The notes under the pieces: generated by a model
What the model saw: only the letters and a program-made list of their open reading frames with translations
What the model was told of the DNA's origin: nothing
Databases searched by the model: none
Part shown: positions 1 through 10,546 of the stretch, piece by piece
How the letters are laid out: every line of letters starts with the position of its first letter
How positions within the stretch are numbered: position 1 is the stretch's first letter
Program-made: the position numbers and the translations under genes
Assembly: GCA_000830295.1 (NCBI GenBank)
Contig: CP010425.1
Location: 1,038,952-1,102,951, forward strand
Source: an archaeon GW2011_AR15
Lineage (GTDB): Archaea; Nanobdellota; Nanobdellia; Woesearchaeales; GW2011-AR15
Direction of reading: 5' to 3'
Length of the DNA stretch: 64,000 bases

Positions 1-1
1 C

Positions 2-499
2 GTCTATGTCTCAGGCATAAAGGGCATACTTCAGGTATTGCCTGTCAAGAGGGAAGACGAATTCGTGATTGTTACAGCAGGAAGCAACCTGAAGGATGTC
101 ATGAAACTTGAGTATGTGGATAAGACAAGAACAACAACAAACGACATCTTCGAAATACAGGCGCTTTTCGGCATTGAAGCAGCAAGGCAGGCTGTAATCA
201 ATGAAGTCTACAATGTTATAGAAAATCAGGGCCTGAATGTAGATATAAGGCACATCATGCTTATAGCTGACGTGATGTCATTCTCAGGAAAGGTAAGGGG
301 GATAACAAGGTATGGAGTTGTCTCTGACAAATCCTCAGTGCTTGCAAGGGCGTCATTCGAGACACCTATAAAGCATATGGTTGAGGCAGCCCTGACAGGG
401 GAGGTTGACCCCCTGACAAGCGTTGTTGAGAACGTCATGATAAACCAGGCAATCCCCGTAGGAACAGGGTTGCCTGAGCTAATATCAAAAGTGAAGTAA
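2..499 (+). CDS. rpoA2: DNA-directed RNA polymerase subunit A'' (C-terminal part; 5' end lies outside the window)
   Basis: The translation (...FGIEAARQAVINEVYNVIENQGLNVDIRHIMLIADVMSFSGKVRGITRYG...ASFETPIKHMVEAALTGEVDPLTSVVENVMINQ) matches the conserved C-terminus of the archaeal RpoA''/Rpb1 family. The frame is open from the window edge. Confidence 0.88.
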   Translation, partial: VYVSGIKGILQVLPVKREDEFVIVTAGSNLKDVMKLEYVDKTRTTTNDIFEIQALFGIEAARQAVINEVYNVIENQGLNVDIRHIMLIADVMSFSGKVRGITRYGVVSDKSSVLARASFETPIKHMVEAALTGEVDPLTSVVENVMINQAIPVGTGLPELISKVK

Positions 500-500
500 G

Positions 501-797
501 ATGAAATACAAAACAAAAAGCGCAATAATTGGAAGGGCAGGAAAAAGGGATGAAGACGGAAACGGCCCTGTTTTCATTCACCTCTTCAACCAGAACGATC
601 CGCACAAGACCGCTGCAGTCCCTGAAAAGTTTGTTGACGACCACACAAAAATACATAAGATTATCTTCAGGGGACTTGACCTGAGCTTTTTGCTTGCAGG
701 CTCTGATATCCTGATAAATAACCTTGAATATCTTGAGGTCATGGAAGACCCTAAGAGCAGGGGAAATCTTATAATTACAGGAAAGCAGAAGAAATAA
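501..797 (+). CDS. hypothetical protein (98 aa), translationally coupled to rpoA2
   Basis: The ATG lies 1 nt after the rpoA2 stop. I recognise no family. It sits where L30e/NusA normally follow rpoA2 in archaea, but it resembles neither. Confidence 0.45.
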   Translation: MKYKTKSAIIGRAGKRDEDGNGPVFIHLFNQNDPHKTAAVPEKFVDDHTKIHKIIFRGLDLSFLLAGSDILINNLEYLEVMEDPKSRGNLIITGKQKK

Positions 798-1004
798 CTG
801 TATAGCTTGCTGGTTCTGGGAATAGAAATAATGGATGGGAAAGACGTTAAAGAAGAGAATCCATTTAAGTCTGCTGAATCAAATACAGATGATATTGTAT
901 CTGGGTTAGATTTTAAAAATTGATTATATACTCTCTCAAATTTTTATGATTATAGCTCCCGCTATCTCAAATTGACTATGAAATTAAAATAAAGAAAAAA
1001 AAAA

Positions 1005-3932
1005 GATGAAACCGTGCATAGAGTAAGTAATGAGCTTTTAGTGACCGCATGCTGAACGCCTCGTGACCTTGGCGTGTACACACCGGTTCTATTAAACCTG
1101 TCTTTTACAGGAGCTCTATGATATCTCTTTTCGAGGCGGGCTTCAAGCTTAGATGCTTTCAGCTCTTATCCCTTAGCGCGTAGCTGCCCGGCCTGCCTTA
1201 TCAGACAACCGGTTGACCAGAGGCGCCGAACCTTTGTTCCTCTCGTACTAAAAGATCCTTCCTCTCAGATATCAAACAATTCCAGTAGATATTAAACAAA
1301 CTGTCTCACAACGTTCTGAACCCAGCTCACGATCCCTTTTAATGGGTGAACACCCCCACCCTTGGCTGCTTCTGCACAGCCAGGATAGGAAGAGCCGACA
1401 TCGATGTAGCAAGCCCCGCCGTCGATATGAGCTCTTAGGCGGGACAACTCTGTTATCCCCGGAGTAACTTTTTTGTCATTCCTGACCCCCATCAAGGAGG
1501 TTCAAGAGTTCGCTAGACCACACTTTCGTGGTTGGATTTCGTAGATTGGGAAATCCAATCAGGCTGGCTTTTGCACTTGCACTCTACACCGGATTTCTGA
1601 CCCAGTTGAGCCAACCATAGGGCCCTGTTGATATCTTTTCAACAGGGTGCCACCCCAGCCAAACTGTCCACCAATTGCTGTCCTCTTTCAAGTAAGCAGC
1701 GTAAGTTCTGGAGGATGGTATTTCAACGGCGTCTACACGCAATCTAGCGATCACGCTTTAGCAACTCCCATCTATTCTACACACCAAAACTCACGTCACA
1801 ACAACAGGCTACAGTAAAGTTTCGCGGGGTCTTCACTTCCCACTGGAATACTCTGGCCTTTGCACCAGACAGAGTGTTCGGAGGATGCTAATTGGGGACA
1901 GCGGAGATCTCGTTGCACCACTCATGCGGGCCGTCAATTAAACGGCAAGGCATTTCGCTACCTTAAGAGAGTTATAGTTACTCCCGCCGTTTGCCAGATC
2001 TTAGCTCCCTTGAAAGAGAGTTTGAATTACTGGTACTGGGCAGGTGTCACGTTCTATTCACATCTTTTCAGACTTGCAGAACGTTAAGTTTTTGTTAAAC
2101 AGTCGGACCTCCCTTGTCATTGCACCCTGCAATCGCCTTCAAAAGAAGACCACCGCAGGGACCCCTTAAACCGAAGCTACGGGGCTAGGTTGCCGAATTC
2201 CCTCAATTACCTTAATCCTTCACACCTTAGGCTTCTCACCTAGGGGCACCTGTGCTGGTTCTTGGTACGGATATCTAAAGTTTTTCTTTTTTCCCTTTTC
2301 ACGGTCTCCAGGCATGAACCAAATACCCCATACGGGATACCATTCTAACCTTAATCAGGTTCTCATCATTACGATACTCCTCTGATTTTCTGTTATTAGC
2401 AGATAAGATGATATCTGTTGATCTAGCCGGAAGAGTCGGGAATAAAGCTTGCGTTGCCGCACATAAATAGACAATACAGGATTATTAACCTGTTTCCCTT
2501 TCCCATTACTCCTATTAGGAGATTGGTTAGGACCGATTACCCCTTGACTGATTTGCATTGTCAAGGAACCCTTGCCCTTTCGGTGGCACTGATTCTCACA
2601 GTGCTCAGTTCCTACTACCGCCAGGATTCTCTATTCAAGTCAGTCCACAAATCCTTCAGGAAATGCTTCTGCCTGACCAGAATGCCTGCCTACCACTGCC
2701 TTTTCAGGCGTCCACAGTATCGGTGACCGATTTAGCCCCGTCCATTTTCAAGGCCATCAACCTTGACAAGTAAGCTGTTACGCACTTATTATAGGGTGGC
2801 TGCTTCTAAGCCAACCTCCTTGCTGTCTTAGGCTGAAGACACCCTTCACCCTTTAGCACTTAATCGGCACTTAAGGACCTTAACTGTAGTTTGGGTTGTT
2901 CCCCTCTCGGTAATCAAGTTTACCCCAAGATTACCCGTTTCCTGACGTCTACGATGCAATAAAATTCGGAGTTGGACAAAGAACCGAGTCCTTTCGGGCC
3001 CTAAATTCTAAATCCGTTTCTCTACCTTCATTGCAATCTCGGTCAAGGCTTGACTACGGCCAATTTTGGCAGGAACCTGCTATCACCGGGTTCGATTGGC
3101 TTTTCACCCCTAGCCCAAGATCAGAGGAACGCTTGTTCACAGAACCCCTTCAGGCCTCCACCCCTTTTTACGGGGGCTTCACCTTGTCCTGGGTTAGATC
3201 ACCCGGTTTCAGATCGTGCCCATATGACTTAAAGGCATTATTTATACCTTTCGCCTTGCAGGCTGCGCGATTTTGCTTTCGCTGCGGGTCCTTCCTTTTA
3301 AGAATTGCCCTTGCCATATTGACACACTCCCTGGCTCGTTATTCGAAACGAACGATACAACTCCGTAGAGCCGTATCTCACTATCACTGTTAGGTTTCAG
3401 GTACTTTTAACCCCCTGTTATGGGTACTTTTCAACTTTCCCTCGCGGTACTCGTACGCTATCGGACTCATATTGTATTTAAGGTTGGGAGTTGATGCCTC
3501 CCGGATTCTCAGCTAATTTCCAATAGCTGATACTCTGGATACTGCTAAAATCCCCTTTCATTTCCCCTACGGGACTATCACCCTCTGCGGTCCAACTTTC
3601 CAGAAGTATTTGGGTCACAAAAAAGGATAAAAAGCAGTCCGAACACGTCATCTACTTTACATTACTGCAAAGTATCAGTTTGCCTTGTGCTGCTTTCACT
3701 CGCCGTTACTTACAGCATCTCGTTTGATTTCTTTTCCTGCAGGTACTAAGACGCTTCAATTCCCTGCGTCTCGCTATCCTTACGGATCTATAGTGAAGTC
3801 ACATTCAGGAACCCCAGGATCAGAGGCTGCATGCGCCTACCCTGGGCATTTCGTAGCTTGCCACGCCCTTCATCACCACTATGAGCCTAGTCATCCACCT
3901 AACAGCTCGAACACTCTATGCACGGTTTCATC
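1005..3932 (-). other. pre-23S processing helix: perfect 20-bp inverted repeat bracketing the 23S rRNA
   Basis: 1005-1024 (gatgaaaccgtgcatagagt) is the exact reverse complement of 3913-3932 (actctatgcacggtttcatc). This is the typical archaeal rRNA processing-stem arrangement. Confidence 0.8.
1025..3912 (-). rRNA. rrl: 23S ribosomal RNA (ends approximate)
   Basis: The reverse complement carries the sarcin-ricin loop (AGTACGAGAGGAAC, about 1236-1250) and the GCTGAAAGCATCTAAGC region (about 1147-1165). The length of about 2.9 kb between the processing-stem arms is normal, so there is no large intron. Confidence 0.9.
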
Positions 3933-4023
3933 AATAATCATGAAGTCGATGATTATCTAATCCTTTAGATCAGCATGTTGAAACACTGCTCATCCATTTC
4001 ACTAATGATAAAGTGAACTTGAA

Positions 4024-4050
4024 TTTTAGTGAGGGATTCCCTCACACTCC
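4024..4050 (-). repeat. 27-nt palindrome-containing element, copy 1 (rRNA spacer between tRNA-Ala and 23S)
   Basis: ttttagtgagggattccctcacactcc is the exact reverse complement of 51782-51808. The core is the palindrome GTGAGGGA-N-TCCCTCAC. Confidence 0.85.
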
Positions 4051-4119
4051 CTTATAGGAGTGCGTGAGAACCATTGGTTCTCACCAAGTTATTATGTATG
4101 ATTTGTTTATTACAATAAA

Positions 4120-4242
4120 TGGACTCGTCGGGACTTTCATTGTAACCCAGCTGGACTGGGCTAATTTTGAACCCGAGGCCTCCGCCTCTCTTTCTCCAGA
4201 GAGATGCAAGGGCGGCGCTCTAGCCAACTGAGCTACGAGCCC
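4120..4242 (-). tRNA. tRNA-Ala(UGC) in the 16S-23S spacer, with two introns (anticodon loop about 17 nt, T-loop about 32 nt)
   Basis: The reverse complement reads GGGCTCG TA GCTC AGTTGGCTA GAGC G CCGCC CTTGCA[intron]GGCGG AGGCC TCGGG TTCAAA[intron]T CCCGA CGAGTCC A. The acceptor stem closes only if both insertions are removed, and it then gives the G3:U70 alanine identity pair. Confidence 0.75.
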
Positions 4243-4293
4243 ATTGATTTTGATTTGTGACGGCCATGATATCTCTTCATGACCTTTGTGATT

Positions 4294-5986
<1,693 letters not shown>

Positions 5987-6090
5987 ACAAGATTGATGAA
6001 TCTTGTACACATATTCTGTGAACAGAAACTAGCTGATAATTTGTGAATTATTTGGAGGTGATTGCTAGCAATCAATGAAATTTTAGGTCG

Positions 6091-6098
6091 TATATAAA
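6091..6098 (-). promoter_or_regulatory. candidate TATA box of the rRNA operon
   Basis: The minus-strand sequence is TTTATATA, about 105 nt upstream of the 16S processing-stem arm and immediately downstream of the L41e stop codon. Confidence 0.35.
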
Positions 6099-6103
6099 CA
6101 TTA

Positions 6104-6205
6104 TTATTTCTGAGCTCTCTTACGTCTCTCTTTCTTCATCCTCTTGCGCTGCCATTTCCAGCGCATTTGGCGCTTTTTCTTCCATCTCCTAGAGCTTCTT
6201 TTCAT
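6104..6205 (-). CDS. rpl41e: 50S ribosomal protein L41e (33 aa; below the ORF-track length cut-off)
   Basis: Manual translation gives MKRSSRRWKKKRQMRWKWQRKRMKKERRKRAQK. This extremely basic peptide has the KRSSRRWKKK..MRWKW pattern I recall from archaeal L41e. A GAGAGGT Shine-Dalgarno-like element lies 6 nt upstream. Confidence 0.6.
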   Translation of the reverse strand: MKRSSRRWKKKRQMRWKWQRKRMKKERRKRAQK

Positions 6206-6268
6206 TTATATACCTCTCTGAGGAAAAACCTGGTGTTTTTAAAGCTTTTGTATTTAGAAAACAGGAAG

Positions 6269-7606
6269 CTAGAAATAAATCATGGATTTGTCTGCCATCT
6301 TTTTTGTTATAATAATGTCTTTAAAAATTGATTCTGAAGTCTTTACTGCAAATTCCCTTGCAGTTTTTTCCTCTATTTCACTGAAATTAGTATATCCCTG
6401 CCTCTTTTTTACAAAATTTATTATTTCATCTGATTTTGTCTCTTTCCTGTAGAGCATCTCCATGAAATTCTTTATCGGAGCTCTCATCTCAATGGTCGTT
6501 ATCTTTTTAACCAGGCTAAGGAGGGATTTGCAGTATCTGTACACCTTTTCTGATTCAAAACCATAAAATGCTGATTCTTTTTCAAGCAGCTTCAAAGTTG
6601 CCATATCAGGAACATAAAGCTCATTATCCTCAAGTTTGAAAGGCTCATGACTGCCTGCTTCTCCCGGAACAACCCTTACTTTGTTATTCTGGACAAATTT
6701 TGACAGTGAATTCAGCACGCTGGTCATGGCAACGACATTGTTCAGCGTATTCATATCTGAGCCTCTTGATTCGATAGTTGCATGGCTTGTTATTTTTACC
6801 GGCTTCCATGATGAATCCAGGAGCGAAAATTCTTTTTTTGCAAAATCCTGCCTTGTAAGGTTATGGATTTTAAGGAGTGAAGACCACTTTCTTGACAATT
6901 CCAGTGTGCTCTCGGAAACTGCTTTAAAAGTCGGTTTATAGCTATTTAGCATTCCAAACTCAGGGTATCGGGAATATAAGGAGTTCTCATAACCAAACTC
7001 TGAATCCCCCCTGTAGGCTATTACCCTGCCATCTTTCCCTTCAAGCCGGGATTCATAATATGGGCTTGACTGCATAAATGTCGTAATTGCCGGGTCAAGT
7101 GCAACATAAAGGTTGTAAAGATTCAGAATCTTCTGCTGCTGGATCTCTTTCAGGTCAATGTAGAAATATTTTGTAATCAGGTTGAAGGATTTTCTCGGGA
7201 GCGAATAGTGGTAATGGAAGCCAATGCATTTTCTTGCATTTTCAAATTCTTTTTTTCCGAGTATTCTCTCTTTTGCAAAATATCTCCTGTCTTCAGTTAT
7301 TCTTGTTGTGTTCTTCCCGGGATAGCTTCCATAATAGTATATCCCAAGCTCGTTGTTTTCCAGTTCATAGACCAATGACTCAAAATCACGAAAAAAATTA
7401 CCGAATATTTCCCTGGAGGACATATGCGGAAAACTTGCAACTTCAAGCATTGATTGCCCGCATTCTTTTTTTAACTCAATTTCCTTGAGCTGCCTTTTTG
7501 AATCTCTTAATATTGCTGCTGCCTTGTTTGCTATTTTCCCTTCGTGGTTCAGGAGGAAGAACTCAAGCTCCATCCCAAACAACTTTGATATGCTGAACTC
7601 CATCAT
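6269..7606 (-). CDS. carboxylate-amine ligase (glutamate-cysteine ligase family 2, YbdK-like)
   Basis: GMELEFFLLN, SMLEVAS, IGFHYHYSLP, QSSPYYESR and ATIESRGSD follow the GCS2/YbdK motif order. I moved the start to Met13 (7606) because the first codons of the tracked ORF lie inside the tRNA-Glu trailer repeat. Confidence 0.68.
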   Translation of the reverse strand: MMEFSISKLFGMELEFFLLNHEGKIANKAAAILRDSKRQLKEIELKKECGQSMLEVASFPHMSSREIFGNFFRDFESLVYELENNELGIYYYGSYPGKNTTRITEDRRYFAKERILGKKEFENARKCIGFHYHYSLPRKSFNLITKYFYIDLKEIQQQKILNLYNLYVALDPAITTFMQSSPYYESRLEGKDGRVIAYRGDSEFGYENSLYSRYPEFGMLNSYKPTFKAVSESTLELSRKWSSLLKIHNLTRQDFAKKEFSLLDSSWKPVKITSHATIESRGSDMNTLNNVVAMTSVLNSLSKFVQNNKVRVVPGEAGSHEPFKLEDNELYVPDMATLKLLEKESAFYGFESEKVYRYCKSLLSLVKKITTIEMRAPIKNFMEMLYRKETKSDEIINFVKKRQGYTNFSEIEEKTAREFAVKTSESIFKDIIITKKMADKSMIYF

Positions 7607-7621
7607 TCTTAAAAATAAATA

Positions 7622-7688
7622 TGCCTCGGCCGATATCCTCATTGCTCATTCGGAAACCTGCCAGGCAATAAACTGCCTCGGCCGGGAT
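7622..7688 (-). repeat. 67-nt exact repeat, copy 1: tRNA-Glu 3' end plus a conserved 45-nt trailer plus a second copy of the acceptor 3' strand
   Basis: The segment is identical to 39766-39832. TGCCTCGGCCG occurs twice within each copy. Confidence 0.9.
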
Positions 7689-7764
7689 TCGAACCCGGGT
7701 CAAAGCCTTTCTCCAATTGGATTGCGAGAGGGCTTTATGATTGGCCGGACTACACTACCGAGGC
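7674..7764 (-). tRNA. tRNA-Glu(CUC) with an intron of about 16 nt
   Basis: The reverse complement reads GCCTCGG TA GTGTAGTCCGGCCAATCAT A AAGCC CTCTCGC[AATCCAATTGGAGAAA]GGCTT TGAC CCGGG TTCGAAT CCCGG CCGAGGC A. Confidence 0.8.
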
Positions 7765-7773
7765 TTGTTTGAG

Positions 7774-7860
7774 TGGGTCCAGGGGGATTCGAACCCCCGA
7801 CATCTCGCTTTCTTCCAAAGTTAAGAGGCGAGCGCTCTGACCAGGCTGAGCTATGAACCC
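7774..7860 (-). tRNA. tRNA-Lys(CUU) with a short intron of about 12 nt
   Basis: The reverse complement reads GGGTTCA TA GCTC AGCCTGGTCA GAGC G CTCGC CTCTTAA[CTTTGGAAGAAA]GCGAG ATGTC GGGGG TTCGAAT CCCCC TGGACCC A. Confidence 0.78.
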
Positions 7861-7956
7861 GTGAAAAGAGCAAAATTTCAGGGGATTTAAAAATGTTTAG
7901 GAAATCTGGAATCCCAAACAGTAAAGCTTTTAACGAAATTCAAAATCAGATTAGGC

Positions 7957-9282
7957 ATGGACAGAAAAACAACGAAGAAAAACCTTCTGTATTCGATATT
8001 TGACGGCACATTCTATTCGATTATGGTCGGTTTCGGAGAGTCTTTTTTCATGGCTTTTGGTGTTTTTCTCAAGGCAAACATTTTTGAGCAGGGCCTGATA
8101 GGCTCATTGCCCCAGTCACTAGGATACTTTTTTGAGATTTTTTCAGACAGGCTTCTTAGGATAATAAAGTCAAGAAAGCTTATGGTTCTCATAGGTGCAT
8201 TCATCCAGGGAATTATGTATATCCCGGTAATGCTTATATTCCTCTTTGGAGGGAGTAAGATTCCTCTGCTTATCCTCTTTATATCCCTCTATTGGATAGT
8301 TGGGATGATAATATCCCCCCCATGGAACAGCTGGATGAGCGATATTGTGCCTGTAAAAGAAAGGGGGAGATATTTCGGGAGAAGGACAAAGATTGCAGGT
8401 GTTGCTTCTTTTGTGGCATATATTTTTGGTGGATTGCTGCTCCAGTGGTTTGGAGGGCAGTATCAATATCTGGGATATGCTCTGATATTTGGGATTGCCT
8501 TTGTCTCAAGGATGGTTTCCTTTTCTTTCCTGCTAAAACAGGACGAGCCGGAATATAAAATCCCTGCTGAAAGATATAAGTTCAGGCATTTTGTGTCTTC
8601 TCTCTTCAAATCAAATTTCGGGACATTTACCCTCTATATGTTTATACTGAACTTTTCAGTCCAGATTGCTGCCCCTTTCTTTATCCCGTATATGCTGAAT
8701 GATCTCAAAATGGATTATATAACCCTTACAGTTATTACAGCTACATCCATGCTTGTGAAATATATGTCCATGCCTGGCTGGGGAAAAATAATAGACACAT
8801 ACGGAGCAAGAATCGTGCTGAAATTTACAGGGTATCTTATTCCTATAGTACCTATAATGTGGGCTTTCAGCGCAAACTTCTATTATCTTATGTTTGCCCA
8901 GGTCCTGTCAGGATTCATATGGTCAGGCTTTGAGCTTGCTTCTGTAAACTTCATGTTCGATACAACACCATATGACAAGAGGGCAGCTATGATAGCATAC
9001 TATAATGTAGTCTATGGTGTTTCAAATATCAGCGGAGCATTGCTCGGCAGCTGGATTGCCACCCTGCCATTCATATTCTCGGGCTACAAACTGCTTTTTG
9101 TAGTCAGCGGGCTGCTTAGATTTGCTGCACCATTAATCTTTGTGCACAAGATAGAGGAAGAAAGAGAAGTGCCGGCACTTGGTTATGACAAACTGTTGTT
9201 TAAGATAATGACAATAAGACCAACAAGGGGGTTCTTGATTAACATCATTCCTATCCCGAGAAGGCCCCATAAAAAAAAGTAG
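7957..9282 (+). CDS. MFS-type transporter
   Basis: The 441-aa protein has about 12 predicted hydrophobic helices and a basic loop between helices 2 and 3, which is a typical major facilitator layout. Confidence 0.72.
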   Translation: MDRKTTKKNLLYSIFDGTFYSIMVGFGESFFMAFGVFLKANIFEQGLIGSLPQSLGYFFEIFSDRLLRIIKSRKLMVLIGAFIQGIMYIPVMLIFLFGGSKIPLLILFISLYWIVGMIISPPWNSWMSDIVPVKERGRYFGRRTKIAGVASFVAYIFGGLLLQWFGGQYQYLGYALIFGIAFVSRMVSFSFLLKQDEPEYKIPAERYKFRHFVSSLFKSNFGTFTLYMFILNFSVQIAAPFFIPYMLNDLKMDYITLTVITATSMLVKYMSMPGWGKIIDTYGARIVLKFTGYLIPIVPIMWAFSANFYYLMFAQVLSGFIWSGFELASVNFMFDTTPYDKRAAMIAYYNVVYGVSNISGALLGSWIATLPFIFSGYKLLFVVSGLLRFAAPLIFVHKIEEEREVPALGYDKLLFKIMTIRPTRGFLINIIPIPRRPHKKK

Positions 9283-9286
9283 ATTA

Positions 9287-9769
9287 TTAGCTGGCAAGAA
9301 CCCGTTCTTTTTCAGCTTTCTTCACTGGATTATTTCCCATTGCATATACAATTGGTTTTTCTCCAAGAGCAAGAACTGATAAATCAACAATATCATGTGT
9401 CAGGCCGATTTCTCTTAATCTATGTAGTACTCTTAGCTCGCTGAAAGGAATCTCTATGCCTCTTTCCGGAGCTATCTGGAAATATATTGTATCTCTCCTA
9501 ATCCTTTCGTCTGCCTGTTCAATTGTCGTATAGATATCAGACATAAGCTCGCCAAGTTTAGTTCTTTCAGAATATGGCCCTTTGCTCCCGAAATGATCAA
9601 AGCTGAGAAGCGCATGATAATTATCACCAATTCTTTCTACAAGATTAACCCCTGATTTAGGTTCGTCAACAGCAAAAACAGTATTACCATATGGGTGCTT
9701 AGGAACCATCTGAAGGCCAAAGGGACCTATTGTTGTATTAATATAGACTAGATAATCCGAATTGCTCAT
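9287..9769 (-). CDS. hypothetical protein (160 aa)
   Basis: The ORF is clean with globular composition. I recognise no family. Confidence 0.55.
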   Translation of the reverse strand: MSNSDYLVYINTTIGPFGLQMVPKHPYGNTVFAVDEPKSGVNLVERIGDNYHALLSFDHFGSKGPYSERTKLGELMSDIYTTIEQADERIRRDTIYFQIAPERGIEIPFSELRVLHRLREIGLTHDIVDLSVLALGEKPIVYAMGNNPVKKAEKERVLAS

Positions 9770-9824
9770 TTTAATCGAGCTAGATTAAAGTTATATTTAA
9801 AGCTATATCTAGATAGCTTTTTAA

Positions 9825-10160
9825 TTGCCACTCACATCCATAAAATTACTGGATATACTTCAAATATGCCAATCGTGCAGGAGTTGCTGTGTTGGGACAG
9901 ACATAAGGCTGACTGATTCTGATATAGAAAGATGGAAAAGAGAGGAAAGGCTGGATATACTGCTGTCCATTAATCCCCTTATCGGAGGTTCACGGCAGCT
10001 TATAAAGAAGAGGCACAATGATGACTGTATTTTCCTGGCAGACGACGGAAGCTGCCAAATACATGAGACCAAGCCATACATATGCCAGCGCTTTCCCACC
10101 TCTTTAAAGCACGCGCAGGTTTTTAAATGCAAACTCATAGGAAAAGTGCCGTTAAAATGA
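9825..10160 (+). CDS. YkgJ/UPF0153-type cysteine-cluster (CxxCxxCC) protein
   Basis: CQSCRSCCVG is followed by CIFLADDGSCQIHETKPYICQRFP. There is no in-frame ATG upstream of the cluster, so a TTG start is implied. Confidence 0.6.
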   Translation: MPLTSIKLLDILQICQSCRSCCVGTDIRLTDSDIERWKREERLDILLSINPLIGGSRQLIKKRHNDDCIFLADDGSCQIHETKPYICQRFPTSLKHAQVFKCKLIGKVPLK

Positions 10161-10228
10161 TAAATATTTAAACTAGTTCATCTTTTAGTATACTGATTTA
10201 GTAAAATGACCTCATAGAGGTGGTCAAA

Positions 10229-10546
10229 ATGACAAACTACACTTGCTACAAATGCAAAAAAGAATACGGCAGCGATGAAATAAGGTTAAATGCTGACAGA
10301 AAACTGGTATGCGTTTACTGCCTTGGCACAAAAAAACATGCTGAAGTAAAAGAGCCTAAAATTGACAAGATTGAAGAAACAATTGAGTATGTATGCAATA
10401 ACTGCCATTACTTATTCAAGAGAAAGGCGTCTGTTCTGTTCATGCACTGCCCATACTGCGGCCAGGAAGGAAAGATAATAGCAAAAAAGAATATGGACAG
10501 CGACATGATATTAAGTGATAGTATGGATGCAAAATACAGCTACTGA
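10229..10546 (+). CDS. small double zinc-ribbon protein
   Basis: There are four CxxC pairs (CYKC, CVYC, CNNC, CPYC). The ATG at 10229 is preferred over the tracked GTG at 10220. Confidence 0.55.
   Translation: MTNYTCYKCKKEYGSDEIRLNADRKLVCVYCLGTKKHAEVKEPKIDKIEETIEYVCNNCHYLFKRKASVLFMHCPYCGQEGKIIAKKNMDSDMILSDSMDAKYSY

Noticed and set aside
800-1004. A 5S rRNA downstream of the 23S, and a small acidic ORF (831-923, MDGKDVKEENPF...).
   Set aside because: No 5S-like helices or conserved loops are visible, so the 5S must be encoded elsewhere. The 30-aa ORF has no ribosome-binding site, promoter or family support.
7607-7642. The N-terminal extension MRISAEAYLFLR of the ligase ORF, and MSNEDIGRGSFFK of the DUF2905 ORF at 39755-39793.
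   Set aside because: Both extensions are encoded by the shared tRNA-Glu trailer repeat. Two unrelated proteins would not share such a leader, and internal Met codons give family-typical N-termini.
7622-7764. An integrated mobile element at tRNA-Glu, suggested by the duplicated acceptor 3' strand resembling attL/attR.
   Set aside because: The direct repeats are only 11 nt long and 41 nt apart. No integrase, transposase or foreign-looking gene block is adjacent at either locus. I kept it only as a repeat observation.
9797-9806. A 10-bp palindrome TATCTAGATA between divergent genes 9287-9769 and 9825-10160.
   Set aside because: It is a single short AT-rich palindrome with no second copy in the window, so it is indistinguishable from chance.
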